Shown here: positions 58,042-58,630 of the stretch, one piece after another
Position numbering within the stretch: position 1 is the stretch's first letter
Layout: every line of letters begins with the position of its first letter
IMG/VR virus record: IMGVR_UViG_3300027861_000034
Span: 1 to 58,630 of that record
Source of the DNA: a virus
Taxonomy: Duplodnaviria; Caudoviricetes
Length of the DNA: 58,630 nt
Direction: 5' to 3' (one strand)
Translations under genes and position numbers: made by a program
Notes under the pieces: model-generated
Told to the model about the DNA's origin: nothing
Seen by the model: the letters and a program-made list of their open reading frames with translations, nothing else
Databases searched by the model: none

Positions 58042-58249
58042 CTCACTGATGTGGCTACAGATGTAGACGATGATATTATACCTTTTTAGTCCGGTAACTC
58101 ATTATACTGAGCAGTAATTAACAACAGGCAGTCCGATAACTAGTCCGTTTGAGGGCTGTCTTAATTCAATAGAGATAGAGATTATGGAATGTCACGGTTG
58201 AGTTTAAGACATTTAAGCAAAGAGAAATTTTAAAACAAATGAGGTAGAA

Positions 58250-58499
58250 ATGATACCATTTGAGAGAGATATGGAGCATAAGGTAAGCGAGGTTATATGT
58301 GTTCAGTGTTCGACTCGTTGGATATGTGTAAGGCCGACAGATGTGCAACTCAAAGACATTGAATGTCAGAATTGTGGTTGTGGGTATGTAGTTGAAACAG
58401 GGCAAGATATAAAAAGAGAATGCAGTGTGTGGAAAGGCTGAACTATTCGATAACGATGTCGATATATGCGCAGAGTGTTGGGAAGTATTTAATCCGTAA
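58250..58499 (+). pseudogene. Zinc-finger gene, probably frameshifted at a GT repeat
   Basis: CVQC...CQNC...REC-S-V then TGA; adding TG gives CSVCGK...CAECWEVFNP* ending at a junction motif. Confidence 0.5.
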
Positions 58500-58503
58500 A
58501 ACC

Positions 58504-58630
58504 AACAATGAGGTGATATAATGTTAAGACCATGCCCGTTTTGTGGGAGTAAAGCAAACCTGTACGAGACAGAAGGGAAAGACTGGGTTGTTGAGTGCAC
58601 AGGTAGGAAATGCGAAGTATTACTTTTTGA
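58504..58630 (+). repeat. 127-bp exact repeat, copy 2 (window end)
   Basis: Identical to 16212-16338; contains the 5' part of the Lar gene. Confidence 0.95.

Larger units (their letters stand above)
16212..58503. mobile_element. Apparently complete ~42.3 kb circular(ly permuted) podovirus genome, BPP-1/T7-like virion module (phage B)
   Basis: 127-bp end overlap; full gene order TerS-TerL-portal-scaffold-MCP-tail A/B-ejection proteins-fibres, plus an early recombination/replication operon. Confidence 0.85.

Noticed and set aside
17140-58068. CRISPR array or REP-like RNA hairpins as explanation of the palindromes
   Set aside because: Copies are 16 bp, kilobases apart, without spacers, and their arms do not co-vary
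57634-58441. Genome-wide UGA or UAG reassignment
   Set aside because: TGA and TAG terminate many genes with tight start overlaps, and long ORFs are intact under code 11
16212-58630. 127-bp repeat as attL/attR or a biological terminal repeat
   Set aside because: No integrase or host genes; the repeat cuts mid-gene at the window end and its length equals a common assembler k
1-58630. tRNA or rRNA genes
   Set aside because: No cloverleaf or T-loop/CCA pattern recognised by eye; tRNAscan-SE would be needed to exclude them

Overview
Phage DNA throughout. The contig is lasso-shaped: the last 127 bases (58504-58630) are identical to 16212-16338, so 16212-58503 closes into a ~42.3 kb circle. That circle looks like a complete BPP-1/T7-architecture podovirus with no RNA or DNA polymerase and no integrase. 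Its minus strand carries terminase, portal, scaffold, capsid, nozzle, ejection and fibre genes. Its plus strand carries MoxR/VWA, Rad52-like SSAP, YqaJ, SSB, Lar, RusA, MazG-like and DnaB genes. Bases 1-16211 look like the replication/early region of a second phage (initiator, DnaC-like loader, another DnaB, m6A methylase, beta clamp), joined through an array of small genes that share a junction motif. The strongest unexplained signal is a palindrome, GTNTACA-NN-TGTANAC, found about 24 times across the circle (beside RBSs and inside genes) and not seen in the left arm; an RHH-like gene right behind one copy is the candidate binder. Other signals: a candidate anti-Shine-Dalgarno sRNA, a consensus sigma-54 promoter ahead of the early operon, an SSB whose DDDIIPF tail lies beyond an in-frame TGA, twin GNATs each followed by Met-Gly virion proteins, and no recognisable endolysin. 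All calls are by eye; no database searches were run.
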